64,000 nt of DNA from Candidatus Brockarchaeota archaeon (GCA_017601145.1 JAFNIV010000004.1:16743-80742), one strand, 5' to 3'; positions 25,749 to 36,429 are shown, counted from the first letter of the stretch. Made by a program: numbers and translations. Notes: generated by a model from the sequence alone, not told the origin.

Positions 25749-28607
25749 CTAACTCCAATAGGGCTTAGTTTGAATATACTTGATTTTTGCTTCTAAGAGC
25801 TCTTTTATTAAATCATAATCGCTGTAATGCATTTTTGATAAGATTCTAAAAGCTGTTTGTGGCCCTATACCGTAAACAGAAAGAGCTATCACTCCATTTT
25901 TACCATATGAGTTAATTATATCTGCAGTCTTTCTTATATCTGAAAGCATTTTTAACTCATCCTCTTCTAGATTTTCTCCATTCAGTCTTTTTCTTATTAT
26001 TTCTTCAATGTAGCCTTTATTTTTTGGTATTATTCCAAGTAAAGTTGAACCACATTTAAAACATCTAGGTTTTTGAGGAATATTAGCTACCATAACTTGT
26101 CCTTGCCTTGAACCACACTCCATGCATATTAATTCAACTTTGGAGCTTAGTATTGAATTTTTTAACCTCTCAATCGAATCTTCTTTAATTCCTTCAGGGG
26201 CCATTACTTCTGGCAATTCTACATACTTGTTGAGGATGTGATAAGAGAGTGGAGTTGGACTTTCTTTAGAAATGTACTTTATTAATTTAATTTTCCCTTT
26301 TGATATTTCAGAAATAATTTGCTTGGTAGTTCTTAAGTCAAGTTTTTCTTGAAGGACTTCTCTCATAGTTTCATCGTATATTGGAGTATTCTTACATACA
26401 CTATAAAGACTTAGTAACTTTGACTCACTTAAGGTGAGACCTCTCTCAATCATACCAAACCTTTCAGCAATAAACTTCATATAATAGCCAAATGGAAATC
26501 TTTCTTTTATCCTAAGCTTAAAGTCCTTCTCCGCATCTCTTGAATTGATTGGCAGAAGTTTATTAACAACGGAATCAAAATTAGAAGGAGTTAACTCAAA
26601 CGGAAGTTCTACCAATATTCTATAGCCATCAACCCACCAGTTTTTAACTAAGCCATCTCTAGACAGTCTTTGTTCAATTATATAACCTAGCGTTCTATTA
26701 ACTGATTCACCAAAGCAACAGTTAACCACTAGATACTTATCAAACCCTTCTATGAGTATTTGCTCATCAGACGGTATTGGGGCTCCAAGATTAATTTGTT
26801 CCTGTAACTCTTTTACAATGTTATATGCAGTGTAAAGATCTACCTGAAACTCATTACAAAGCCAAGCAATAGCTTGTTCTTGCCCTTTTTCCTCTAATAT
26901 TTTCGAGATTTCTCTTCTAAGCTTACCAACTTCCTTTGCTAGCTCGTAAGGTACTGGAAGTATCTCGCCATCCCAACCAGGCAGAGCTGCTGTTGGATCA
27001 TCAACTGGAGTCACGTATACGTATCCATCTTCCGAAATTTCTTCAATGTTCCAAACTAAACCTCTACAAATAAAGTGAAGACCTTCTTTGGCTCTGAGTG
27101 TAACAAACTCTTCGCCTACTACACCTATTGTCCTATTGGTTGTTAAATCAACTATAGGATACCTTTTTTCATCCGGTATCATTGAAAGATTGGAAAAATA
27201 ATAAGATCTTGACTTTTCAGTTAACAACAACTCATCACTACGTATTTTAACTAACCCTAACCTAGAAAGAAAATCTAAAACCTCAAAAAATTTCCTCTTA
27301 TCAAGCTTAGAGAAACAATACGATCTCGAAATAACCTGAAAAGCATGAGAAATCTTTATTCTTCTATGATCCATTGTAAGACCTACAATTTGGTGGGCGA
27401 GCACGTCAAGGGCATTTTCGTGAATTTTTGTAGGTTCGATAAGTCCGAACTTAGCTCTCCTTAAAACGGCAATAGCTTCCAAGGCATCATCTGTGAAAGC
27501 AGTTACTATTACCCCTCTTGAAGTTAATCCAAGTTTATGACCAGACCTACCAACCCTTTGAATGAATGGTTTAACTTGACGTGGTGAAAGATATTGTACT
27601 ACAAGGTCAACACTTCCTATATCTATTCCAAGTTCAAGAGTTGATGTACAAACTATGGCCTTCAGATTACCTTTCTTAAAATCTTCCTCTATTTTTTCTC
27701 TTTCCTCCCTTGATAGAGAACTATGATGAATACCAATACTTGAGCTAAGATAACTAAGCTTTAAAGCTAAGAGTTCTGCAACCTGTCTACTGTTAACAAA
27801 AATTAAAGTAGAGGTATGAGTTTCCGAAAGTTTTTTTATTGTCTCTATTCTAGCAGCAGCCTCAACTGAAGTGAAAAGAGTTGAAGAAAGCTCAAGAGTC
27901 TTCTTACTCGGCCGAGGCCATATAACTTCATAAGAGAAGCCTTTTGGTATTGGAACGTAAATAATTTCAATTGACCTTTTTGCACCAACCAACATCTTAG
28001 CAACTTTCTCAGGGTTTCCAATTGTTGCAGACAAGCCAATTCTTTGGAACTCATGAGAGGTTACTTCTCTGAGTCTTTCTAAAGCTATACTAAGCTGAGT
28101 CCCCCTTTTACTTTCAGCTATCTCATGAAACTCATCAACCACTACATACTTGACACTTCTTAGATTCTCTTGCATCCTTTTTCCAGGAAGTATAGATTGG
28201 AGAGTTTCGGGTGTTGTTATTAAAATATCTGGTGGCTTTAGGGCTTGTTTTCTCCTTAAAGAAGGAGGAGTATCGCCATGCCTAACGTCTACTGTTAAGT
28301 TAAGCATAGTACATACTTTTAAGAATCTTCTTAGCATATCTCTATTTAGGGCTCTAAGTGGAGTTATGTAAATCAAGGAAATACCTTTTCTGTTCTTAAT
28401 ATTAACTAGTTTACTTAGTAGCGGTAAAAGAACTGCCTCGGTTTTTCCACTTCCAGTAGGAGCTACCAATAGAATATTTTTCCCGGACATAACAGAGGGA
28501 ATAGCTTTTTCTTGCGGTTCAGTTAACTTTTCTATCCCTATTTGTCTCAGTATATTTTTAATTTGTACTGGAAGTAAATCTAAAGAATCTTGAGTATGAC
28601 CAACCAT
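25749..28607 (-). CDS. lhr: Lhr-type large SF2 DEAD/DEAH helicase
   Basis: Motif I APTGSGKTEA, motif II VDEFHE, motif VI QRVGRSGH. Long C-terminal Lhr-associated region with a zinc ribbon (CMECGS...CFKCGS). 952 aa. Confidence 0.85.
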   Translation of the reverse strand: MVGHTQDSLDLLPVQIKNILRQIGIEKLTEPQEKAIPSVMSGKNILLVAPTGSGKTEAVLLPLLSKLVNIKNRKGISLIYITPLRALNRDMLRRFLKVCTMLNLTVDVRHGDTPPSLRRKQALKPPDILITTPETLQSILPGKRMQENLRSVKYVVVDEFHEIAESKRGTQLSIALERLREVTSHEFQRIGLSATIGNPEKVAKMLVGAKRSIEIIYVPIPKGFSYEVIWPRPSKKTLELSSTLFTSVEAAARIETIKKLSETHTSTLIFVNSRQVAELLALKLSYLSSSIGIHHSSLSREEREKIEEDFKKGNLKAIVCTSTLELGIDIGSVDLVVQYLSPRQVKPFIQRVGRSGHKLGLTSRGVIVTAFTDDALEAIAVLRRAKFGLIEPTKIHENALDVLAHQIVGLTMDHRRIKISHAFQVISRSYCFSKLDKRKFFEVLDFLSRLGLVKIRSDELLLTEKSRSYYFSNLSMIPDEKRYPIVDLTTNRTIGVVGEEFVTLRAKEGLHFICRGLVWNIEEISEDGYVYVTPVDDPTAALPGWDGEILPVPYELAKEVGKLRREISKILEEKGQEQAIAWLCNEFQVDLYTAYNIVKELQEQINLGAPIPSDEQILIEGFDKYLVVNCCFGESVNRTLGYIIEQRLSRDGLVKNWWVDGYRILVELPFELTPSNFDSVVNKLLPINSRDAEKDFKLRIKERFPFGYYMKFIAERFGMIERGLTLSESKLLSLYSVCKNTPIYDETMREVLQEKLDLRTTKQIISEISKGKIKLIKYISKESPTPLSYHILNKYVELPEVMAPEGIKEDSIERLKNSILSSKVELICMECGSRQGQVMVANIPQKPRCFKCGSTLLGIIPKNKGYIEEIIRKRLNGENLEEDELKMLSDIRKTADIINSYGKNGVIALSVYGIGPQTAFRILSKMHYSDYDLIKELLEAKIKYIQTKPYWS

Positions 28608-28847
28608 TTTGCTTCACTTTTTTATTAATTTAGATAACGAACACAGAGATTAAATATCTTTTTGCTTTTTCTCCTTTTTCGCATCCTAAGTGTGTTTTAA
28701 AACTCAGAAAACATGAACCAACTCTCTTTATGGAAGAAGCTTTCTACTTCACTGTGAAGGCTTGCTCTTCAACTACAGCAATAGCTTAAACGAAAAGTAG
28801 AGGCTTCTCATCACGTGTAACTCAGGTTTCTCCATAGCACCTGAAAG

Positions 28848-29090
28848 ATTAGGAGTAAAAGATATGGGCATTTATCAATTCATTGGCCAAATTTATTAGT
28901 TCTAACAAACAAGACCATGGAAACTTTAGAAAAGCTGTTAAATTCTGGAAAGATAAGAGCAATTGGAGTTAGCAACTTTAACTTAAGAAGACTCTCTAGC
29001 GCTAGAAAGGACTTAGAAAAAAGATATAACTAACAACCAAGTTTTCATACTAACATTGCATTTTGAGAACTTGTTACAGAAATTTAGTTA
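28848..29090 (+). pseudogene. aldo-keto reductase gene remnant
   Basis: Hand translation gives stop-interrupted fragments: APERLGVKDMGIYQFIGQIY*, then METLEKLLNSGKIRAIGVSNFNLRRL..., then ...NNQVFILT.... These match the AKR blocks SL.RLG.DYIDLYQIH / L..GKIRAIGVSNF / NQVE. Confidence 0.6.
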
Positions 29091-29741
29091 TAAAGAACGA
29101 AGGTAATCTAACGCTAATCCTTCTTTTACGTTGCACTTCCCATCTTCATAAACTTCAGAAATAATAAAGAGAGAATAGTATTTACAACCATCAATACTAG
29201 TTAGAAGTTCATCGGACGAAAACTTAAAATCTAAAATAGAAAAACAAGCCTCAACTTTGCTTCCACAAGAGTTAATTAAGCTAATAGCTGAAGAAAAAGT
29301 TCTAGAAGTTCTTCGAATATCATCTATCAAAATTATTCTTTTAAATTTTTTAACAATTTCTTCGTCAGTAACTAGATTAACTTCTTTATTTTGGGTTACA
29401 GAGGCTGAACTTACGCTTCTAGACTTTTTAAAAGTTATTTTTTCACTCTTATAAATAGGGAAAAATGGCAAATTTAGAAAAATAGAAGTTGTAAGAGCAT
29501 ACTTTGTTCCAGAAGTTTCAATTGAGGAAATTGCATCTGAAACCAAATTAAGCTTAAGGATCCAGTAGTATAATAGTTTACTTATTGTGAGTACAATAGT
29601 AGGAAAATAAACTAAGTTAAACCACTCAATACGAAGAATCTTCTTACTGTTAACTTTCTTAACCTCTATACCTGTTCCATCTCTTAGCATTTCAACTAGT
29701 TTCGCTACTTCTTCTTTGTTTAAGTTTTTATCCAACGACAT
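29088..29741 (-). CDS. phosphoribosyltransferase-fold protein with a degenerate PRPP loop
   Basis: RIILIDDIRRTSRTF stands where PRTs have (V/I)LIVDD-x-x-TTG-x-T. Upstream is an ETSGTKYALTTS block, and there is a hydrophobic stretch near residue 45-65. Confidence 0.45.
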   Translation of the reverse strand: MSLDKNLNKEEVAKLVEMLRDGTGIEVKKVNSKKILRIEWFNLVYFPTIVLTISKLLYYWILKLNLVSDAISSIETSGTKYALTTSIFLNLPFFPIYKSEKITFKKSRSVSSASVTQNKEVNLVTDEEIVKKFKRIILIDDIRRTSRTFSSAISLINSCGSKVEACFSILDFKFSSDELLTSIDGCKYYSLFIISEVYEDGKCNVKEGLALDYLRSL

Positions 29742-29782
29742 ACAAAAAAATTCTTTCTAAGAAATATAAACTTATTTAATTC

Positions 29783-30898
29783 TTAGTAGCGATGGAAAAG
29801 CTTTTTAGATCCAACAAATAACAAAACCAAAGCTACAATAAGAAGAATCACAAATAAAGATGCAAAGATTTTTAAATTATTCCTTAACTTATAATAATTG
29901 TATCCTCCTAAAACAAGATCGTTGCTTCTTAGATCTTTTCCCTTTACGTGTATATAGATTAGGTCATAATATGGTTTATACTTTTTATATAGAAGTTGAG
30001 AGAATTGGTTTCCATTAAAGTAACTTATTACTGGAAGCTTTTGCCAGTTATAAATCGAAGAATAGTACATGTAAAGAACAAACGATTCTTGCCAATTAAC
30101 TTTTGGATTATAAACAAAAGTTGGAAGTTCCATTTCTACTGAAACGCTGAGATTGTTCATTATTTTTTCAACTATACTAAATCTTTCTACGTCTACATTA
30201 GAAAAAGCAAAGTTAGGTTGCAACATGACATAATCAAAGCCAAGCTCCTTCCACCTGTTAATTCCTTCCGCACCAAAATATGGAATCCAATAAAGTTTGA
30301 GTCCGAATGAATGAATCAAAGCAGACACTTTCTTGATTAGTTCGTAATCTTCTTCTGGAGCAGTTTCACACGTCCAGTAAAATCCAACTAATTTAAGCTT
30401 ATTATAGTTTCTTTCTTTAAATGTTTGAACTACTTCACAAACATAGTTTCTTACGTTTATGTACCTTTCCTCAAGAGTTAGATTAGTTAATGGTCTAGGA
30501 ATCATTATAATTACATTAACTTCGCTTAACTTTACATACCTCGAAACATCTTCAGCAGCAGCATTCAATTGTTTAATCTGCCCACCATTACCAAAAATTT
30601 TGCTTAACCACCACAACCATGAGTTATATGATGAGCCTTTTTCGTAACCCTCGTAACTTTCACCTGAGTTAGAAAACTGTCCTAAGAAAAGAAAAGTATT
30701 AAAGAATGTATCATTTATGTTGCTTTCGTTATAAGCGAGCAAAACTTTATAGTCAGATAATGTCATATTGTTATACTTGTCAATATAAACTAGTACTATT
30801 CTCTGAATACTTTGATCAGCCGGAGAACTGAAACTTGGAAAGTAAATTAAAAAAACAAGTAGAAAAACAACAAATTGTAAAGAAACTTTAAGCTTCAT
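29783..30898 (-). CDS. secreted, C-terminally membrane-anchored protein, possibly glycoside-hydrolase-like
   Basis: N-terminal signal peptide (VVFLLVFLIYFPSFSSP), C-terminal TM anchor (IFASLFVILLIVALVLLFV) and many N-x-S/T sequons. The family assignment is uncertain. Confidence 0.4.
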   Translation of the reverse strand: MKLKVSLQFVVFLLVFLIYFPSFSSPADQSIQRIVLVYIDKYNNMTLSDYKVLLAYNESNINDTFFNTFLFLGQFSNSGESYEGYEKGSSYNSWLWWLSKIFGNGGQIKQLNAAAEDVSRYVKLSEVNVIIMIPRPLTNLTLEERYINVRNYVCEVVQTFKERNYNKLKLVGFYWTCETAPEEDYELIKKVSALIHSFGLKLYWIPYFGAEGINRWKELGFDYVMLQPNFAFSNVDVERFSIVEKIMNNLSVSVEMELPTFVYNPKVNWQESFVLYMYYSSIYNWQKLPVISYFNGNQFSQLLYKKYKPYYDLIYIHVKGKDLRSNDLVLGGYNYYKLRNNLKIFASLFVILLIVALVLLFVGSKKLFHRY

Positions 30899-30984
30899 TT
30901 CTCACATCACAGAAAGTTTAGTATTGCAGGAGCTGCTACTCTTATAGCTTCTTTCACCATCTAGTTGTTGCTTCCTCCAATACT

Positions 30985-31785
30985 CTATAAATCCATGATA
31001 CTTTTAATGTATTGAATGTCGCTCTTAGTCTGCTTTATGATTTCATCTAATGGTAAGTCGTATTCACTATGTATTGATATCGGTCCTTTGAAGTTTATTT
31101 TCTTGAGAATTTCGAAAACTGATTTCCAAGGAACTAGCCCATCTCCTAAAGGAACTGTTTGTACATTCCACTTTTCTTCTATTTTAAACCATGCATAATC
31201 CTTTATAGAGACTACTTTAACTTTCTTGCTTAATATGTCCATTCCCATCATCCATCCTGCTAATCCTCCTTCTACAACCATATGACCGGGGTCTAAATAA
31301 GCACCAACGAAATTCGGATTAAATCCTTTCAAGATTAACCATACTACAGTAGGTTCTGCAGTCATAAACATCCCTGAATGAGTGTGAATAACTGAAGTTA
31401 TATTGCATTTTTTACTTAATTCCTCAATATTCTTAAGCTCTTTTCGCACTTCGTTTATTTGCTTCTTTAAGAAACCAAAACCATTATACTTCCAGTAGCC
31501 TAACTTTAAATATTTTACTCCGAGTTCAGATGATACTTCAAATACTTCTTTAGCATAAGGCTCACGAACACTAGTTATTTCAGTTGTTATCATTGGAACA
31601 GATAGCCCTTTAGACGTAATTATACTAATAGCTTCTGGAAGCTTTTCCTTTACTGCACTAGGTTTTATATAACCGTTCGATCTAACAGTTAGATCTATTC
31701 CATCAAAACCTATTTCTTTTGCCAACTCAGCGAACCTTGTCAAAGGTAAACTTTGAAACATTTTGGAAAACAGTAATAACTGCAT
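30985..31785 (-). CDS. sugar phosphate isomerase/epimerase (xylose-isomerase-like TIM barrel)
   Basis: AP-endonuclease-2/xylose-isomerase-like barrel blocks (GFDGIDL, HTHSG, DPGH, IHSEY). Confidence 0.75.
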   Translation of the reverse strand: MQLLLFSKMFQSLPLTRFAELAKEIGFDGIDLTVRSNGYIKPSAVKEKLPEAISIITSKGLSVPMITTEITSVREPYAKEVFEVSSELGVKYLKLGYWKYNGFGFLKKQINEVRKELKNIEELSKKCNITSVIHTHSGMFMTAEPTVVWLILKGFNPNFVGAYLDPGHMVVEGGLAGWMMGMDILSKKVKVVSIKDYAWFKIEEKWNVQTVPLGDGLVPWKSVFEILKKINFKGPISIHSEYDLPLDEIIKQTKSDIQYIKSIMDL

Positions 31786-31801
31786 ACTTGTTTCACCTAA
31801 T

Positions 31802-32806
31802 CTAAGAAGACGCTATTTTTTCTACAAGCTCCATTGTTTTAATAGCATCAAGTAGGCTAGTCTCTGGTTCTTTGTCTTCTTTTACACAATCTATAAAGTG
31901 ACGGTTTTCTTGAAGGTATCCATAAAGCACATGAAATTCCTTATTTCCTTTTACTAAATCGATGTTTTTTATTGTTTCTGCTTCATTGTATGATTGGTTA
32001 TCTCTTAAGATATAAGCTAACTGACTTTCTGGTGGTTCTAGTGGTGCATCAACTATGGCATAAATTCCTTTAGAATGCATTTCGAAGTAATGAACTCTAC
32101 TTCCAGAAGAGTAATTTGAACATAGATGACCTACACACCCATTTTTGAACACTAGCAAAGCATTAAAACTGTTAAGATATTTTTCATAAAAACTTGTAGT
32201 GTAGCTAAACACTTTCTCAACCTCGCCTCCCATGAATCTAAGTGCATCTATGGCATGAATTACATCTGCTATAAGATAGCTTACTTTTCCCCAAGGTTGT
32301 TGTTGTCCAATTGCATTCTTATGAAATACTGCAGTACAGTGGGTAATTTCTCCTCTGCTTTCAACTATTTCCTTTGCCTTTCTAAATACTGGAATAAATC
32401 TCCTATTAAACCCGACCATAGTTTTACATTCATGCTTTTTGGCTTCTTCTGCCATCTTCTTAGTTTCTTCTACAGTGGTACCAGGAGGTTTTTCTATAAA
32501 TACACTTAAACCACGTCTAAGACACTCAATGACAATCTTACTCATTGGCTCAGCATTTGCGTAAGTACCTGAGGGGACTGGTGCCATTATTATGTAAATG
32601 GCGTCTAACTTCGTTTTTTCAAGCATGGTTTTGTAATCTTTGTAACAATTTTCCACTTCATACTTGTTGGCTGTCTCATTTAGCTTAGTTTCATCTAAGT
32701 CACAAATTGCAACTATTTTAACATCACTAAAGCTTGCTAGCGAAGGATAATGAACTTTATTCGCCATAGTTCCAGCTCCAACGAATCCGACCTTTATTTG
32801 ATCCAT
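31802..32806 (-). CDS. Gfo/Idh/MocA-family oxidoreductase
   Basis: Rossmann start KVGFVGAGTMA and the IEKPP motif. Confidence 0.8.
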   Translation of the reverse strand: MDQIKVGFVGAGTMANKVHYPSLASFSDVKIVAICDLDETKLNETANKYEVENCYKDYKTMLEKTKLDAIYIIMAPVPSGTYANAEPMSKIVIECLRRGLSVFIEKPPGTTVEETKKMAEEAKKHECKTMVGFNRRFIPVFRKAKEIVESRGEITHCTAVFHKNAIGQQQPWGKVSYLIADVIHAIDALRFMGGEVEKVFSYTTSFYEKYLNSFNALLVFKNGCVGHLCSNYSSGSRVHYFEMHSKGIYAIVDAPLEPPESQLAYILRDNQSYNEAETIKNIDLVKGNKEFHVLYGYLQENRHFIDCVKEDKEPETSLLDAIKTMELVEKIASS

Positions 32807-32910
32807 TTTCGCTCTTTAATAAAGTGCTTTACTTTACTTATAAGCTTAAGCCAGACTAGTGACTAATTTAGAAAATAGTTTTTAGAATTTTCTATGCACA
32901 ACACTGTACT

Positions 32911-34272
32911 CTAGAATCCTAGACCGACTGTATTGTTAAGACGCTCTGTTTTTATTTTGCCTCCTTCAACTTTGAATACCTCAGGATATCTCTTTTGAAC
33001 TTCTGTAAAGGCGAAAGGTAAGTACTGTCTTGCGTTATACTCGAATCCCATTATCGGGTTTGTTCTGGCAGCGAAGCCAGCTGAGTGCACAAGAGCTAAT
33101 CCAGGGCATGTAAGATCTTGCACACTATATGGTACTCCAAGTTCCTCAGCTTTAGCCAATAAAAGAAGTATTGAACTATGACACTTACATGTCTTTAAGG
33201 CCACTCCAGACCATCCTAAACTAATGGCTAAATCAAAGCTCTTCAAATCAGTAACTCCTTCATCTGCTAAAACAGGCTTAACTTTTGCTACTTCATACAT
33301 ATTGAACATATATTTAGTTAAATCTCTACTAACGGGTTGCTCAACGTAAAGCATTCTTTTAAAGGCTTCAGGAACTTCTTCCTTAATTCGTCTTAGGTAT
33401 TCTAAAACAGCTTCTGGAGAAGAATGCATCTCGTTAGAATCAATAGAAATATAAAAATCTTCTCTACCTTGTTTTTTTAAAGATTCGACAACGATCTCAG
33501 TTACTTCTTTAGTTCTCTTTACATCCCAATCTATGTCATTACCCCTGAGTTTAATCTTAAAACAAAATAGACCTTCTTTCTCAATCCATTCTTCTAAACT
33601 TACAGGCAGACCATTAGATTCTTCTTGATCAGCTTCGTCCTTTCTTAATTTGTCAAGCCCACCTATTAAGTGAAATACTGGAACTTCAGATGAATACTTA
33701 GGTTTAATATAGTCAGAGATATACTTATCTTTAAATTTTTCCCCAAGATAGAAACTTAAGTCATGACTAACATACTTTGGACCATAACCGTTGTAGCTGC
33801 ATATTCCATTAGCCTTTCCAAAACCATCATGTAACGATGAGTCTATTGGGGAGATAGCTACCAAAGAAGCGAGTATGGGAAGCTCTTCTTCGAGTTTTAA
33901 ATCTAGTGACACTTTTTTTGTAATCTTTGGTATTTCTTCCTCAAATTTTATAAACCAGTCTATGGGGTGTAGAAATGTACCTCTCTTACTTTCTTCTTCT
34001 AACATTTTTCCATAACGTTCAACTACTAACTTCATAGCTTCAAGCTTTTTTTCATATCTTACTCTTGAACTAGGAAAAGCCCACTCGCATACCAATGGCA
34101 TCGAGCCTAAGCCCTCGGCTTCTTTTCCGTCTTTGTTTTCAACTAAAGCAGTAACCAAGAGCGAAGTGGACTCATTTACAATAACGCTTCCAAATTTGAG
34201 AGGAGTTCTAAGTTTGTAGGTTTTATATTCAAAGTTAAATTCAAGAACACGTACGTCAGAATCTTTGCTCAT
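32911..34272 (-). CDS. enolase-superfamily enzyme (MR/MLE-like racemase, dehydratase or cycloisomerase)
   Basis: FKIKL (KxK), metal ligands in IDSNE / VEQP / LADEG, and a second Lys pair KTCKCH. At 453 aa it is longer than typical members. Confidence 0.7.
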   Translation of the reverse strand: MSKDSDVRVLEFNFEYKTYKLRTPLKFGSVIVNESTSLLVTALVENKDGKEAEGLGSMPLVCEWAFPSSRVRYEKKLEAMKLVVERYGKMLEEESKRGTFLHPIDWFIKFEEEIPKITKKVSLDLKLEEELPILASLVAISPIDSSLHDGFGKANGICSYNGYGPKYVSHDLSFYLGEKFKDKYISDYIKPKYSSEVPVFHLIGGLDKLRKDEADQEESNGLPVSLEEWIEKEGLFCFKIKLRGNDIDWDVKRTKEVTEIVVESLKKQGREDFYISIDSNEMHSSPEAVLEYLRRIKEEVPEAFKRMLYVEQPVSRDLTKYMFNMYEVAKVKPVLADEGVTDLKSFDLAISLGWSGVALKTCKCHSSILLLLAKAEELGVPYSVQDLTCPGLALVHSAGFAARTNPIMGFEYNARQYLPFAFTEVQKRYPEVFKVEGGKIKTERLNNTVGLGF

Positions 34273-34417
34273 TACTAAGGGAAACGTAATCTCTTGAACC
34301 TTTAAGCTTTTCGTACCTGTGAGCTATCTCATTTCATAGCTTTCGAAGGACCTTTCCATCGTAAAGCAAAATTTTTAGCTAGAAACTACGATGTAATGAA
34401 AATGATAAAGGACTAAG

Positions 34418-35368
34418 TCAACTTTTTAATGCCTTTTCTCTTAAAACAGAAGCTTTTTTAAAGTATTCTTCTCTAGTTTCCAATTTAAATTCTTCAATTA
34501 CATCTTTTACTGTAATTTTACTCATTTCAGAAGACATGAGAAATACAGCTTCTGGTTGAGCAACTTCAAAAGTAATATTTGAACCATACTTTTCTTTTAT
34601 TAAGTCCATTTTCTCACTGTTATAATCTAAATGTAAAATTTCATAATCAAGATTTATTTCTTTGCATATAACTGGTTGGTATCTATTGGAAACAACTAAA
34701 ACTTTACCAAGAGGATTAACTATCATGCTTCCTTCTTCAGTAGTGGATGAAACTACGTAAGTGCTGTAGTTAAAGGCCCATATCTTTAGTTGCAAACCTC
34801 CAAGGTACATAGAGGGAAAGAACATAAGCTTAATTTTATCTTTAGCTAAGTTTTTAATAACATCTTCAAAGTTTAAGTCAAAGCATATTGCAAATCCTAT
34901 TTTTCCAAAATCTAAATCAAATGTCTTAACTTCAACTCCAGGAGTTATGCCTGCTTCTATTTCCCATATAGTTGGATGAATTTTATCATAACTTCCAATG
35001 TATTCTCCATGCTTACCTATCAAAATTGCAGAGTTGTAAAATCTATTGTTTCTCTTTTCTACCATAGGAAAAATTATAAAAGTGCTATTTTCTTTAGCAA
35101 AAGACGAAACTTTATCAAGTATAGCTCTTGAAACCTCTTCTGTACTTTCTATCATTTCCTTTATACTTAATCCTAGAAATGGTGAACATTCAGGAAGACA
35201 GATGATATCTGGTTTCTCTAAAACAGCTTTTCTTAGAAGATGCATAATTTCTTTCATGTTGCCTTCTATAGTTTCATACAATGTTTTTCTTCTACCAGCT
35301 CCCTTAAAAGATATTGAGGCTACACGCACATATTTTGCCAATTGATGTCTTCTAGTGATTTTCCTCAT
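34418..35368 (-). CDS. carbon-nitrogen hydrolase (nitrilase superfamily)
   Basis: E-K-C triad blocks: CLPECS, YDKIHP, GFAICFD. Confidence 0.8.
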   Translation of the reverse strand: MRKITRRHQLAKYVRVASISFKGAGRRKTLYETIEGNMKEIMHLLRKAVLEKPDIICLPECSPFLGLSIKEMIESTEEVSRAILDKVSSFAKENSTFIIFPMVEKRNNRFYNSAILIGKHGEYIGSYDKIHPTIWEIEAGITPGVEVKTFDLDFGKIGFAICFDLNFEDVIKNLAKDKIKLMFFPSMYLGGLQLKIWAFNYSTYVVSSTTEEGSMIVNPLGKVLVVSNRYQPVICKEINLDYEILHLDYNSEKMDLIKEKYGSNITFEVAQPEAVFLMSSEMSKITVKDVIEEFKLETREEYFKKASVLREKALKS

Positions 35369-35412
35369 TAAATTTAAATATTTCCTTTTCTTAGAGAAAT
35401 TGAATTCTTTAA

Positions 35413-36429
35413 TTGAGCAGTAATCAGGTTAAAGTTTTGATAACCATACCAAGTAACCTATATAAGTTAGTTTCAAGGGATGAGGACGAAGAAGAACTTA
35501 GGTCCTTTGCAGAGTGCATCTTTAATCCTTTTAACAGAAACCTTAGCGAGGAAGAACTTTCTAAGCTTATAGCTGATGTAGATGGCTGTATTACAAGTTG
35601 GGGATCTCCCAAGTTTACTGAAGTTGTTCTTAAAAATGCAAATAAGCTTAAAATAATAGGCCATGCCGCTGGAAGTGTTAAGCCATATATCACAGACGAG
35701 GTTTTTAAGAAGGGGATAGTAGTTGTTAATGCTGCTTCAACAATAGCGAAGTCTGTTGCCGAGTTTACTTTAGCTATGATTCTAAACTGCCTAAGAGGAA
35801 TACCAAAGTATATAGAAGCAATGGATAAAAAGAATTGGGATTATAAAGAGCAAAAAGGTTTTACAACCTATGACCTAAGAGGAAAGATAATAGGCATAAT
35901 AGGGTTTGGAGTGGTTGCTAAAGAACTAGTGAATTTACTTAAACCATTTGATGTTAACATAATAGTTTATGACCCTTACAGTGAACCAAAGGAAATAGCT
36001 TTACATGGTGCTAAAAAAGTAGAATTAAGTGAACTTCTTCTGACTTCAGATATAATAAGTTTGCATGCAGCTTCTACTCCAGAAACTTACCACATGCTTG
36101 GGGAGAAAGAATTTAGACTTATGAAGTCTACGGCTTATGTAATAAATACTTCTAGAGGTGCAAATATAGATGAAAAGGCTTTAGCTAAAGCTCTAAGAGA
36201 AAAGTGGATAGCTGGAGCAGCGTTAGACGTTTTTGAACAAGAACCTTTACAAAGCGACAGCCCATTATACAAGTTAGACAATGTTTTTCTAACACCTCAT
36301 ATAGCAGGACCATCTGATGAAAGGAGAAGTCAACTGTTTGGTACAATAGTTAAGGACTTTAAGAGATTCTTCTCTGGGGAAAGACCTATTAACGAGGTTT
36401 CTTATGAAAAACTTAAGTTTTTAGCTTAA
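35413..36429 (+). CDS. D-isomer-specific 2-hydroxyacid dehydrogenase
   Basis: NAD motif IGIIGFGVVAKE, plus the catalytic R / E / H blocks (NTSRG, LDVFEQEP, TPHIAG). TTG start in the ORF track. Confidence 0.8.
   Translation: MSSNQVKVLITIPSNLYKLVSRDEDEEELRSFAECIFNPFNRNLSEEELSKLIADVDGCITSWGSPKFTEVVLKNANKLKIIGHAAGSVKPYITDEVFKKGIVVVNAASTIAKSVAEFTLAMILNCLRGIPKYIEAMDKKNWDYKEQKGFTTYDLRGKIIGIIGFGVVAKELVNLLKPFDVNIIVYDPYSEPKEIALHGAKKVELSELLLTSDIISLHAASTPETYHMLGEKEFRLMKSTAYVINTSRGANIDEKALAKALREKWIAGAALDVFEQEPLQSDSPLYKLDNVFLTPHIAGPSDERRSQLFGTIVKDFKRFFSGERPINEVSYEKLKFLA

Noticed and set aside
22137-28607. Inteins or large insertions in ThrRS, Lhr, and (at 62770-64000) NrdD.
   Set aside because: Protein lengths match intein-free homologs. 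No intein block A/B or HNF/C-terminal Asn-Cys/Ser junction motifs were seen in the translations.
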